Source of the DNA: Candidatus Bathyarchaeia archaeon
Lineage (GTDB): Archaea; Thermoproteota; Bathyarchaeia; Bathyarchaeales; Bathycorpusculaceae
DNA length: 64,000 bases
Assembly: GCA_050010755.1 (NCBI GenBank)
Contig: JBEKKK010000001.1
Coordinates: forward strand, 512,001 to 576,000
Direction: 5' to 3'
The notes beneath the pieces were generated by a model. It was not told the origin of the DNA and ran no database searches. It was given only the letters and a program-made list of their open reading frames with translations. This document shows positions 1 to 9,054 of the stretch, one piece after another; position 1 is the first letter of the stretch; every line of letters starts with the position of its first letter. A program made the position numbers and the translations under genes.

Positions 1-473
1 TCACCATCACCGAAGGCCTTGGCAACGTCCCGATGCATACTTGCAGCGATTGTGTAACCGCGACGCAGAATCTTTTCAGGCGGAAAACCCGATGGTTCCA
101 ACAAACACTGCAGAACAATGCTGGCATAATCCTCCTCAACTATCTCCAGCCCGACTAGATGACTAACAGTGTTTTTGACGATATCTCGCATCTCAACGCT
201 AATGCGATCCTTTCCTTCAACGCGGATGGCATCAAAACCAAGCAGGTAAGTTCCAATGATTTCACGACCCAAGTAAGGCCCAGGTTTCAACGTGGCAACA
301 CGCGGCGAAGGCTCAACACCGTGTCTTGCGTCTATGAGCATTTTCCCCTCACTCGTTTCGCTCAGAGCGAGTATCGAACCTTTCCTTAAGCCGTACTGTT
401 CAGCCCAAGGTTTCGGCAGGCACACAAAAAAGGTACCGCCCGGAGTGCGTTGCACCTTGCGCAGTTCACTCAT
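1..473 (-). CDS. PhoU-family phosphate uptake regulator with N-terminal AbrB-like domain (partial, runs off window)
   Basis: Not in ORF track; manual translation MSELRKVQRTPGGTFFVCLPKPWAEQYGLRKGS...EIIGTYLLGFDAIRV...LVGLEIVEED matches archaeal AbrB-PhoU pattern; GGTGA SD upstream. Confidence 0.85.
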   Translation of the reverse strand, partial: MSELRKVQRTPGGTFFVCLPKPWAEQYGLRKGSILALSETSEGKMLIDARHGVEPSPRVATLKPGPYLGREIIGTYLLGFDAIRVEGKDRISVEMRDIVKNTVSHLVGLEIVEEDYASIVLQCLLEPSGFPPEKILRRGYTIAASMHRDVAKAFGDG

Positions 474-875
474 CACATCACCAAGCATGTGACTATTGAT
501 AACGTCATACAACAAGAAACATCCCGTATAGATTAGCATATTGTTGTTAGAACCAATAGGTCGAAATATGATCAGCATATGTGCCGCTGAGAAACCAAGG
601 ACTAGAATCGGTCTAAGAAAACGAAGAGGCCAGCCATGCATTCAACGCTACGTACCATTGAGGCACCAAGCAAAGGTTTGTCAAGCGCTGCTGTGGACTA
701 AACACGTTAATAGAGGAAGAAGGATACAGAACAATAGAAGGGAGTTCCGCCTCGGCTAGAGTATGCTATCTCAATTGAGAGAGACTTCGGAATAGTTGAG
801 GGGGGATGTATTCCACGTCCGAACCAAGAAGAGGCTATCGGGAAAAGGGAGAAGCCTTCACAGTCGCCATGAAGG

Positions 876-2459
876 ATGAATGGAGAACTCGTGATGAGTG
901 ATGGAGAAAAACTGCAAAAAGCCGTAGAATTGACCCTTGCGGCAGGGTATCAGCTGGATAAGGGAGCTTTCGAGTTCTTGAACATAATAATGGCGACGGA
1001 AGACCCAGCGGAAGTCATGAGCAAGGCAATCAAACGGCTAGAAGAGCTCGGGCAGAGACCGTTCTTCATTGAAAGGAACTTCTTGGAACGAACTGTAGAA
1101 TTGGAGAAACCGGCAGAAGAAATTGTGAGCGAACCCCTTGAAGACCGGTCAATCCCACTGATAGAACCGCAAACGCCGCAGATTACAGAGAACAAGACGC
1201 CCTTCCACCCTTACGCAAAAGACGTTGAGGCAAGCATCGCCATAATCGACGATCCGAGCACCAAGCTCAGCTCGAGCGGAACTATCGAAGATTACCTGGA
1301 GTATTTTCAAGACCGATTCAAACAGACAGAGAGACTGCTCAGGCAAAGAATGGATGTGAAGAGCGCAGCGTCAGTTATGGACGCCTTGCGGTCCCAATCG
1401 GGGACGAGGCTCAAGATAATTGGTATGATAACCGAGAAGAGAGAGTCGAAACAGAAGACGATACTCACGGTCGAGGATTTGACAGCGAACATGACCGTGC
1501 TTGTGCCCCAGGGTGCATCGTCTGATCTTCAGAAGAAGGCGCGGTTCCTCATGCTCGATCAGGTTGTCTGTCTGGGCGTTGTGAAGACGAGAAGCAATCT
1601 GCTGATCGCAGAAGACATTGTCCTGCCAGACGTGCCTCAAAAGGCACCTCGCAAAGCTCCAGTTCCAGTCTATGCGGTACTCACCTCAGACATGCATGTC
1701 GGTAGCACCAAATTCACGCGAGAAGCCTTCGACCGCTTCATATTGTGGCTGAACGGCAAGTACGGCGATGATAAGTCACGGGAAATTGCAAGTCACGTCA
1801 AGTATGTCCTTGTGGCAGGCGACATAGTCGACGGCGTGGGAGTGTACCCTAACCAAGTGAGGGAACTAGCCATCAAAGACGTACACAAACAGTATAGACT
1901 CGCCGCAAAGTACCTCGAACAAATCCCAGATTACATAGAAGTTATAGTAACACCCGGAAACCACGATGCTCCCAGAAAAGCCCTGCCCCAGCCAGCTATA
2001 GCAGACACTTTCCTCGAAACTCTGCAGGACTCAAGAAAAGTCCGTTCGCTAGGCAGCCCATGCACTCTCAGCTTGCACGGTGTAGAGATACTGGTTTTCC
2101 ATGGACGAAGCTTGGACGATGTGATTTCAACAGTGCCAGACATGAGTCACAGTCACCCCGAAAAAGCGATGAGACTCTTGATGCAGAGCCGGCATTTGGC
2201 ACCTGTATATGGCGGAAAAACACCACTGTCCCCCGAGAACAGAGATCCGCTAGTCATTCAGCGAGTCCCAGACATTTTCCACGCCGGACACGTGCATGCG
2301 TTAGAATACGCTAACTACCGCGGGGTCTTAATCGTGAATTCGGGATGCTGGCAAGAACAAACGGACTACATGCGAAGAAACGGTTTCATGCCAACACCCG
2401 CCAAAGTCCCCGTTGTAAACCTTCAATCCACTGAAGTCACAGTCATTCCGTTCGCATGA
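876..2459 (+). CDS. polB: DNA polymerase II (PolD) small subunit DP1, proofreading exonuclease
   Basis: OB fold plus calcineurin-like phosphoesterase motifs SDMHVGS, GDIVDG, PGNHD, FHGRS, GHVH; next to cdc6; start may be 894. Confidence 0.95.
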   Translation: MNGELVMSDGEKLQKAVELTLAAGYQLDKGAFEFLNIIMATEDPAEVMSKAIKRLEELGQRPFFIERNFLERTVELEKPAEEIVSEPLEDRSIPLIEPQTPQITENKTPFHPYAKDVEASIAIIDDPSTKLSSSGTIEDYLEYFQDRFKQTERLLRQRMDVKSAASVMDALRSQSGTRLKIIGMITEKRESKQKTILTVEDLTANMTVLVPQGASSDLQKKARFLMLDQVVCLGVVKTRSNLLIAEDIVLPDVPQKAPRKAPVPVYAVLTSDMHVGSTKFTREAFDRFILWLNGKYGDDKSREIASHVKYVLVAGDIVDGVGVYPNQVRELAIKDVHKQYRLAAKYLEQIPDYIEVIVTPGNHDAPRKALPQPAIADTFLETLQDSRKVRSLGSPCTLSLHGVEILVFHGRSLDDVISTVPDMSHSHPEKAMRLLMQSRHLAPVYGGKTPLSPENRDPLVIQRVPDIFHAGHVHALEYANYRGVLIVNSGCWQEQTDYMRRNGFMPTPAKVPVVNLQSTEVTVIPFA

Positions 2460-2586
2460 CAAGCCAGACTCTTTGGCTCTCGCCTTGCCTGACGCATAGC
2501 AAGAGACTGCGTACGAAGAAGAAGCCTGCGTTCTAGGCGAAAGATTTTAGTCCTCAGCCATTCCAGAAGAAACCAGAGGTGACACA

Positions 2587-2775
2587 ATGCCAGTAGTAAT
2601 CGTGGAGATGTGGCAAGGAAGAAACGAGGAACAGAAGGCAAAGCTAATCAAAGGCGTCACAAAGGCTTTTGAGGACATCGGTGTCCCAGCCGATCGGCTG
2701 CACATAATAATCCACGACGTGCCAAAATGCAACTGGGGCACATGCGGAGAGCCAGCATCCAAGACAAACCCATAA
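2587..2775 (+). CDS. 4-oxalocrotonate tautomerase family protein
   Basis: 62 aa, catalytic Pro-1 (MPVVIVEM), GRNEEQK, NWG motif; GAGGTGA SD. Confidence 0.9.
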   Translation: MPVVIVEMWQGRNEEQKAKLIKGVTKAFEDIGVPADRLHIIIHDVPKCNWGTCGEPASKTNP

Positions 2776-2869
2776 ACATAGGCCAATATCCTCAGCTTTC
2801 CAGACATGAACACCCCCGTTTGCAACACGAATCGCGAAATATGTTTCCATTTCAGTTCGGTTTCGTGCT

Positions 2870-4111
2870 TCAGTTGGAGTGTTTCATGAGGCATCTGGGG
2901 CTATAATCGGTTAGACGACCGAGCCTGGTGTCGCCAGCGAACACGTCCTTGATGACGCTGCGTTGGATCTCCAAACGTATCTTTTTTGTGCGGCCATACC
3001 TTCCCATGCTTACAACCTTCGCATTGACCAATCCCATGGCATCAAGCTCGTTCACCAACGTACTCAAACGACGTTGAGTCAGAGGCGTTACACCCAGCTC
3101 AGCACAGAGTTCATCATATATTTCAGAAATCTCACCAGTAATCGCGCCCTTAGCGTTTATCCTAGTTAAGTGGTAAACGCTCAAAACGACCAGCTTAGAA
3201 TGCAGAGTAAGATTCTGAAGACCCTCGAAAACACGGTTATGTTCAATATGTTTCTCAGCGTCACGCACATGCTCCTCAACAACGATTCCCGCCCCCTTCC
3301 GTTCCGCAACTTCGCCAGCCACACGCAGGAGATCCAAGGCGCGCCTCGCATCTCCGTGTTCAGCAGCGGCCAACGCCGCGCAGAGACCCAGAGCAGCCTC
3401 AGACAGCGCGTTGTCGCAGAAAGCAGCCTTCGAACGTTCCGAAAGGATATTCCTCAGTTCGCTCGCGTCGTAAGGCCTGAAGACAATCTCCTCTTCACTC
3501 AGCGAGCTGAGAACACGTGGGTCGAGAAACTCCTTGAACCTAAGATCGTTCGAGATGCCAATGATGGTTACCTTGCTCTTGCTCAAGGTCTCATTTATTC
3601 TCGTCAGCTCATAGAGAAGGCGATCGCCGCGTGATTTCACGAGAGCATCGGCCTCATCTAGCACGATGATGAAGATTACCCTTGAAACGTCGAGCCCAGC
3701 CCTCAGTCTGTCAAAGACTTCCCCTACAGACAACCCCGTGAAAGGAATAGACACGCCCATGCTTTGACACAGACTGGCGAAGACGCGGTACTCGGACCCA
3801 GCCATGCGACAATTGACGTAGCAGAACTTTACAGGAGCGTTGAACTCCTTAGCCCTGAACTCAAGGTGACTTAGCACATACCTCGTCACGGCTGTCTTCC
3901 CCGTGCCGGTTTTTCCGTAAATAAAGAGGTTTGAACTCCTGGCACCTTTGAGCACGGGAGCTACAGTTTCGCCAAGTCGTTTGATCTGTTCGCCCCTGTG
4001 TGGTAGCCTGTCAGGAATATAGTCGTGGCGCAGCACTTCACGATCCTTGAAAATCCGTACGTTACTTACAAACCTCTCAAAAACATCGTCTAGTGCATCA
4101 ATATCACTCAT
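2870..4111 (-). CDS. cdc6: Orc1/Cdc6 replication initiator
   Basis: Walker A GKTGTGKT, Walker B IIVLDEAD, GDARRALDLL, C-terminal wHTH with GRYGRT; adjacent ORBs. Confidence 0.97.
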   Translation of the reverse strand: MSDIDALDDVFERFVSNVRIFKDREVLRHDYIPDRLPHRGEQIKRLGETVAPVLKGARSSNLFIYGKTGTGKTAVTRYVLSHLEFRAKEFNAPVKFCYVNCRMAGSEYRVFASLCQSMGVSIPFTGLSVGEVFDRLRAGLDVSRVIFIIVLDEADALVKSRGDRLLYELTRINETLSKSKVTIIGISNDLRFKEFLDPRVLSSLSEEEIVFRPYDASELRNILSERSKAAFCDNALSEAALGLCAALAAAEHGDARRALDLLRVAGEVAERKGAGIVVEEHVRDAEKHIEHNRVFEGLQNLTLHSKLVVLSVYHLTRINAKGAITGEISEIYDELCAELGVTPLTQRRLSTLVNELDAMGLVNAKVVSMGRYGRTKKIRLEIQRSVIKDVFAGDTRLGRLTDYSPRCLMKHSN

Positions 4112-4140
4112 TTCAACCCCCCCTCGAAATTCAAAGGCAA

Positions 4141-4725
4141 TACCCCCCTTTCCTGTGCAGAGGGATAAGCTATGCCGTACAGAAAACTAAATGGACAACA
4201 CCATAATCCTAAAAGAAGAGTAGGCTCACCATGACGTTACCCGTTTCAAACATACACAGGCCCCATGATTTCCGCTGGAACTCTGTATTAATTCACAAAA
4301 TAATGCTGATTCCTTCTTCTGTAAGGAATATACTCTGAACGGTAACTACCTCTGAACTATTATAATGATCACTGTTAAAGATTTTAGATACACAACTAGA
4401 AAAGTTGCTGAAACAAGCGCATGTAAAAAGCTAATACCTCATTCCAATGGAAACAAAGGGGTGCCTGTCACCTGAAACTCAATAAGATCGACCATTACTC
4501 CCCCTGAAGAACTAGTTTCGGTTTTAAAGATACGCTAAGGTCCTTCAGCAAAGACATGATCACGGTGACAACAGACATGCCTTTCCCATTACGCGCTTCA
4601 CTTTTTGTGAAGGTATTGTGAACTTGATTTGGCAATGTCTCTTTTCAAGCTTTATTGGCTAAGTTATTGATTCGTTTGTGGCCTTTTCTTGTGAATAAAC
4701 CACCCCACAGTTTCTACTGCAGAAC
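4141..4725. other. Replication origin oriC (ORB elements plus AT-rich DUE)
   Basis: ORB TTCCAATGGAAACAAAGGGGTG 4442-4463 (+); inverted ORB GTTCCAGCGGAAATCATGGGG 4281-4261 (-); ORB-like TGCAGTAGAAACTGTGGGGTG 4721-4701 (-); mini-ORB-like near 4143-4160; AT-rich 4283-4440 between the inverted pair; directly upstream of cdc6. Confidence 0.9.
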
Positions 4726-4897
4726 GGCATCAAAGCCAAGCCCGGCCAGTTCTAGCACTTCCACCACTCAGTGAAGTGTGTAATTCAAAAAGAACTGCAA
4801 ATAATACCCTATTTCCTTTTTCCTCCCCTGCTACTGATTCTCATTATTGTGAGCTTCACCGTAACACCTATAACTTGTGAACTGTAAAGTTGTGAAC
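4596..4897. repeat. Cluster of TTGTGA(AC) repeats
   Basis: TTGTGA at 4605, 4616, 4689, 4847, 4875, 4890 (TTGTGAAC at 4616, 4875, 4890); palindromes CTTCAC-N5-GTGAAG 4596-4612 and GTGA-N3-TCAC 4849-4859. Confidence 0.7.
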
Positions 4898-4921
4898 ACC
4901 ACCTAAAGGTACAGACTGCCC

Positions 4922-5350
4922 ATGCCGGCGAGAAAAGTACGCGTCGATTTATTCGATACCGAGGGCAACCGTTACTCGATAAGTTTCGAGGGACAAGTGA
5001 CAAGAGAGAAAGCTTTGCGCCTCTTGGATATGGTGGAACTGCTAGGTGGGATGCCCGGCGGCGGCAATCCAGGGACAGGGCCTATAACACCTGTGAGCCA
5101 GCTGTCGAAGTACGACAAGGTGCGGGGTCTCGTCCAGAGTAACTTTCCAGTTGTCTGGTTCTCCTCGCGGGAGGTTCAATCCGTGTATGAACAGGAGCTC
5201 AAAGAACCAATAAGTCTCAGCACAGTGGCCACATATCTTTCAAGAATGTCAGCCAAGGGCTTCGTTCAGAAAACGGGATCATCAAACAACCTGAGATACA
5301 AAGCGGTTCAAGGCGTTCCGCAAGCAACCCTAAAACAAAAAGTCGCCTGA
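4922..5350 (+). CDS. Uncharacterised protein with C-terminal winged-helix domain
   Basis: Small N-terminal beta/alpha domain, Gly/Pro linker, wHTH-like FSSREVQSVYEQELKEPISLSTVATYLSRMSAKGFVQK. Confidence 0.75.
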   Translation: MPARKVRVDLFDTEGNRYSISFEGQVTREKALRLLDMVELLGGMPGGGNPGTGPITPVSQLSKYDKVRGLVQSNFPVVWFSSREVQSVYEQELKEPISLSTVATYLSRMSAKGFVQKTGSSNNLRYKAVQGVPQATLKQKVA

Positions 5351-5391
5351 CTCGCCGTATCCAAAGAAATTGCTTCATAACGCATTGCCAA

Positions 5392-6105
5392 TCATGTTGG
5401 TTGGGTTTCGGTTTTCTTCAAGAGGCTCTCCATCTCTTTCTTGACGCTGTACTTGAAAGGAATCTTTCCTGTTTCTCTCTCCAAATATCCTTCTTCGTAA
5501 AGTTTTTTCATCAGTCTGGCAGTGTGTTCGCGACTGAGTTTGACTCTCTCCTTGATTTCGGGCGCAGTCTTGGCCCCCTCCGAAACTAGCAGTTCAAGCA
5601 CCCCAACTTCAGTGTCGGTCAGCTGAGCCATTGCCTTATCTCTCTTCAGTGGTATTACGCCTTCAAAATGTGTTTCAGGGGCGATTTTAAGCTGATTAGC
5701 CTGTTCCTCCAAGGTTGCAATCTTGGATGTAATCGTTTCTCGCGACGCAACTAAATCAGATGTTCTTTTATCAAGCTCGACGAGGCGCGTAGAAACACTT
5801 TTTCTGTCCTCTGAATCTACAGCAACCTTACTTTCGAGGGCTCTCATCATTCCGTCAAGTCCTTCTGCCTTCCGCGTAGCCCCATCGGTCCTCGACGCCG
5901 CTGCCTCGACCCTGTATCCAAGAGCTTCGATCTTGCTGGCTTCATGTTTGAGTTGCCTGTTAAAGCTCAATACTATGTCCTCAACTGCCCCCCTCGCCTT
6001 CTCGTACTCTCTTTGCGCCTTTCGAAGCTGTCTATAGTACTCGACGGCCGCAACGACGGTGGTGCCCAGCAATACTCCTAGCAAGGCGAGCAGTGGATCT
6101 AGCAA
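5392..6105 (-). CDS. Membrane-anchored coiled-coil protein with C-terminal wHTH (MarR-like)
   Basis: Probable TTG start at 6105 after GGAGG SD; N-terminal hydrophobic helix LLALLGVLLGTTVVAAV, long heptad region, wHTH LTDTEVGVLELLVSEGAKTAPEIKERVKLSREHTARLMKKLYEEGYL. Confidence 0.8.
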   Translation of the reverse strand: MLDPLLALLGVLLGTTVVAAVEYYRQLRKAQREYEKARGAVEDIVLSFNRQLKHEASKIEALGYRVEAAASRTDGATRKAEGLDGMMRALESKVAVDSEDRKSVSTRLVELDKRTSDLVASRETITSKIATLEEQANQLKIAPETHFEGVIPLKRDKAMAQLTDTEVGVLELLVSEGAKTAPEIKERVKLSREHTARLMKKLYEEGYLERETGKIPFKYSVKKEMESLLKKTETQPT

Positions 6106-6117
6106 ATAGCAGGCCTC

Positions 6118-6404
6118 CGTGATTCCTGTGTGATTACTCGTGATGCATACATGTTGCGTCACACATCACAAGTTTGCCATTCAGAATTTAAATATTATGG
6201 TAATCAACATCAGGAGAGTCGATATGACGTCACACGTCACAGTTTAGATGGAAAGCGTCGGAGAATGTTACTCTCAGATATGGGTGGAAATAGAAGCCGA
6301 TTTTGAAGTCCTTTTCGGATTTGCGAGCTTCTGTTGTTCCTGAGCTTATCTATTTTTGCTTGCTCTGCAGAACCGCGTTTGGAAGTGTGACTTGTGACGT
6401 CACA
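6118..6404. repeat. GTGAY/RTCACA repeat cluster including palindrome TGTGACGTCACA
   Basis: GTGAT at 6119, 6130, 6140; CGTCACA at 6157, 6228, 6235; ATCACAA at 6165; TGTGAC at 6386; perfect 12-bp palindrome 6393-6404. Confidence 0.75.
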
Positions 6405-6879
6405 GAGGCGTTTCTGATGGACTTGAGAGCTGTTTTAGGCTTGTTTCGAGCTGTTCCCTTATCATTTCTATGACTTTTAGATGGTTGCCTAACTCGTCAC
6501 CCTTGTTCGGGATGTCCTTGTAAGCGTCGAGGTACTGGTGCAGTTTGTTCGCGATTTCGAGATAGGGGTCGAGTGTTGTGCTTTCGAAGACTCCTAAGTA
6601 CCCTAGTAGTAGCACCGTGTAGATGGACTTTATGACGTTTTCTTTGGCCTGTCGTAGAGTCCTGTTAAAGGCGCCGCGGCTTATTTTGGCCTTTGTTAGC
6701 CTCAAGCTGGCCTTTTCGTCGTATTTCAACGGTTTGCCCGCGAGATTTTCGGACAAGATGTCTATTAGCAGGGTTTCGAGCTGGGTTCTCGTTAAATGGC
6801 TGTTCTTGGCGATTATTTTGACAATGGGGTCGTTTATGGAACCCGTTAGCCAAGATTGTACGCTATCTTTTAGCTTCAA
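6400..6879 (-). CDS. Uncharacterised HTH protein (HTH_10/sigma region 4-like)
   Basis: LTRTQLETL...ISRGAFNRTLRQAKENV resembles HTH_10-type DNA-binding helices; GAGGT SD before TTG. Confidence 0.65.
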   Translation of the reverse strand: MKLKDSVQSWLTGSINDPIVKIIAKNSHLTRTQLETLLIDILSENLAGKPLKYDEKASLRLTKAKISRGAFNRTLRQAKENVIKSIYTVLLLGYLGVFESTTLDPYLEIANKLHQYLDAYKDIPNKGDELGNHLKVIEMIREQLETSLKQLSSPSETPL

Positions 6880-7005
6880 AGTCTTACCTCTGGAACCTTG
6901 CGCAATGGATACGCTTTTGTATACTGGGTGCGCATTTAAATGTGCCGCTTTAGGCGAGTCTAGGGGGTCTTCCGAAGATGCAAGATTTTTATGCGGGTCG
7001 GCACA

Positions 7006-8196
7006 ATGAACATTGAGGAATGCGGATTGGTTTCACATGCGGAGCCGGCAGAGCGCTTGAAATTGATAAAACCCTCTGGAATACGGCGCTTTTTCGCTTT
7101 GGCCCAAGAAATGCCTGAATGCTTCAATTTGAGCGTAGGCGAGCCCGATTTTAGTGTCCCTCCACACGCATTGGATGGAGGCTGGCAAGCCGTCAAAGAA
7201 GGCAGAACCCACTATGCACCGACGAATGGAATTCCTGAATTGCGGGATGCCCTGGCGCAAAAAGCATTCCGAGACTACGGACTCAATTATGACCCAAACT
7301 GTGAGGTACTTGTCACAGTGGGTGGGACGCAAGCCATTTTCCTAGCTCTGATGGGATTGTTGAACCCCGGCGACGAGGTCCTGATTTCAGATCCCGGGTT
7401 TGTCACATATGAGCCAGGGGTCTTGTTGGCCGGAGGAGTTCCAGTTCACGTCCCCCTGCGTGAAGACAACGATTTCAGGCCTTCCATGAACGATGTGACG
7501 TCACTCATCACGGACAAGTCACGTGTGATGATACTGAATTACCCAAATAATCCAACAGGCTCCGTTCTTTCCTATGATGAAGTCGCTGCGCTATCAAAAG
7601 TTGCTGTCGACTGTGACATGGTTGTGATATCTGATGAAGTATACGAAAAAATGGTCTACGACGGGGCTAACCACTACTGCCTCGCAACATTTCCTGGAAT
7701 GCGTGAACGCACCTTGGTTATCAACTCTTTTTCAAAGACCTACGCCATGACTGGGCTTCGAGTTGGATGCGTGTACGGTCCCAAAGACCTTGTTTCGCCC
7801 CTTTGGCTGGTGAACCAGTATACCGTCGCCTGCGTGGACACTTTTTCGCAGTACGTTGCCTTGGCCGCTTTGAAGGGTCCACAGGATTGCGTCGAAGAAA
7901 TGGTGAGGGAATTCGACAGAAGACGTCACCTTATACATACGAGACTCAATGAGATTGAAGGTTTCAAATGCCAACTTCCGAAAGGTGCTTTCTACGCTTT
8001 TCCAAACATCAGAGATTCAGGCCTCTCCTCGGAGCGGCTAGCAGATCTGCTTGCGAGAGAAGCTAGTGTTCTAACGGTTCCAGGCTCCGCTTTCGGTGCT
8101 TACGGTGAAGGCTATCTTAGGTTGTCTTACGCCTCTGCCTATGAAAACTTGGAAGAAGCATTGAATAGGATGGAAATGGCCCTCAGAAAGCGCTGA
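7006..8196 (+). CDS. PLP-dependent aminotransferase class I/II (aspartate aminotransferase-like)
   Basis: GEPDF, NYPNNPTG, SDEVYE, SFSKTYAMTGLRVG; start 7006 or 6991. Confidence 0.93.
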   Translation: MNIEECGLVSHAEPAERLKLIKPSGIRRFFALAQEMPECFNLSVGEPDFSVPPHALDGGWQAVKEGRTHYAPTNGIPELRDALAQKAFRDYGLNYDPNCEVLVTVGGTQAIFLALMGLLNPGDEVLISDPGFVTYEPGVLLAGGVPVHVPLREDNDFRPSMNDVTSLITDKSRVMILNYPNNPTGSVLSYDEVAALSKVAVDCDMVVISDEVYEKMVYDGANHYCLATFPGMRERTLVINSFSKTYAMTGLRVGCVYGPKDLVSPLWLVNQYTVACVDTFSQYVALAALKGPQDCVEEMVREFDRRRHLIHTRLNEIEGFKCQLPKGAFYAFPNIRDSGLSSERLADLLAREASVLTVPGSAFGAYGEGYLRLSYASAYENLEEALNRMEMALRKR

Positions 8197-8206
8197 TAAG
8201 ATTCTG

Positions 8207-9040
8207 CTAGAGTTCTTCTGCCTTCTTCTTCAATTGCTCAAACAGTTCTGGCCTAAGGTCTCGTAGCGTAGGGACGAAGGCTTCGACGGATCTCATGTCA
8301 GGATAGTTAACTTCACCTATGACAAAGTCATCCTCGTCGTACTTGGCTTGAACAAGAATTCTACCGCTGGGTCCTATAAGCCGGCTCCCTCCCCAGAACT
8401 GCAGTCCGTCTTGAATTCCAGCTAGGTTCACGAAAGCTAAGAAGGCCGTGTTTTCAATTGCCCTGGCAACCGTGAGCACTTCGAAGAACGATCGTCTGAC
8501 CCCTGGTGAAGCAGAAATGCAGACAATCAACTCGGCCCCCTCGAGACGCGTCAGCCGAGTCACTTCTGGGAAATATATGTCATAGCAAATGATGAGGCCC
8601 AGTCGTCCAAGCTCAGTGTCAAACACTGCTGTTTGATAGCCTGGACGGAAGTATCTTTTCTCCTCAAAAATACTGTGTGTCGGAAGATACATCTTATTGT
8701 ATTTTCCGATGAAACCCTCTGGCCCTATGAGCACAGCACTGTTGCGGAGCGTGGCTTCTGTCTTGTCGCTTATCTCTGGCATTCCAAAAACAATGTGAAT
8801 TTGGTTCTTCTTCGCCATGTCTTCCATCATTTTTGTTGATTGTCCGGGTATTCTCTCTGCTAATTCGTAAATTTCATCTCTGACAACATAGCCCGTGAGT
8901 GAAAGCTCCGGGAAAATGACCAGTTCTGCTCCCAGCTTCTTGGCCTTTGCCACGATTTTGCTGATTTTCGTCAGGTTCTTTGCTTTGTCTGCTTGCTGGC
9001 AGCTTATCTGGGCAAGCGCTACGTTGAATACTTCCTTCAT
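8207..9040 (-). CDS. Carbon-nitrogen hydrolase (nitrilase family), possible glutaminase partner of NadE
   Basis: E-K-C triad in FPELSLTGY, YNKMYLP, ICYDIYFPE; co-oriented 14 bp downstream of nadE. Confidence 0.9.
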   Translation of the reverse strand: MKEVFNVALAQISCQQADKAKNLTKISKIVAKAKKLGAELVIFPELSLTGYVVRDEIYELAERIPGQSTKMMEDMAKKNQIHIVFGMPEISDKTEATLRNSAVLIGPEGFIGKYNKMYLPTHSIFEEKRYFRPGYQTAVFDTELGRLGLIICYDIYFPEVTRLTRLEGAELIVCISASPGVRRSFFEVLTVARAIENTAFLAFVNLAGIQDGLQFWGGSRLIGPSGRILVQAKYDEDDFVIGEVNYPDMRSVEAFVPTLRDLRPELFEQLKKKAEEL

Positions 9041-9054
9041 GTTATCCCCTTCAT

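Noticed and set aside
159-759. Short + strand ORFs
   Set aside because: Antisense to the PhoU-like gene or within the divergent promoter region; no motifs
2811-2831. ORB-like CACCCCCGTTTGCAACACGAA downstream of cdc6
   Set aside because: G-string present but the TCCA-GGAA core is too degenerate
4596-6404. Repeat clusters read as a CRISPR array
   Set aside because: Repeats are 5-12 bp with irregular spacing; no cas genes
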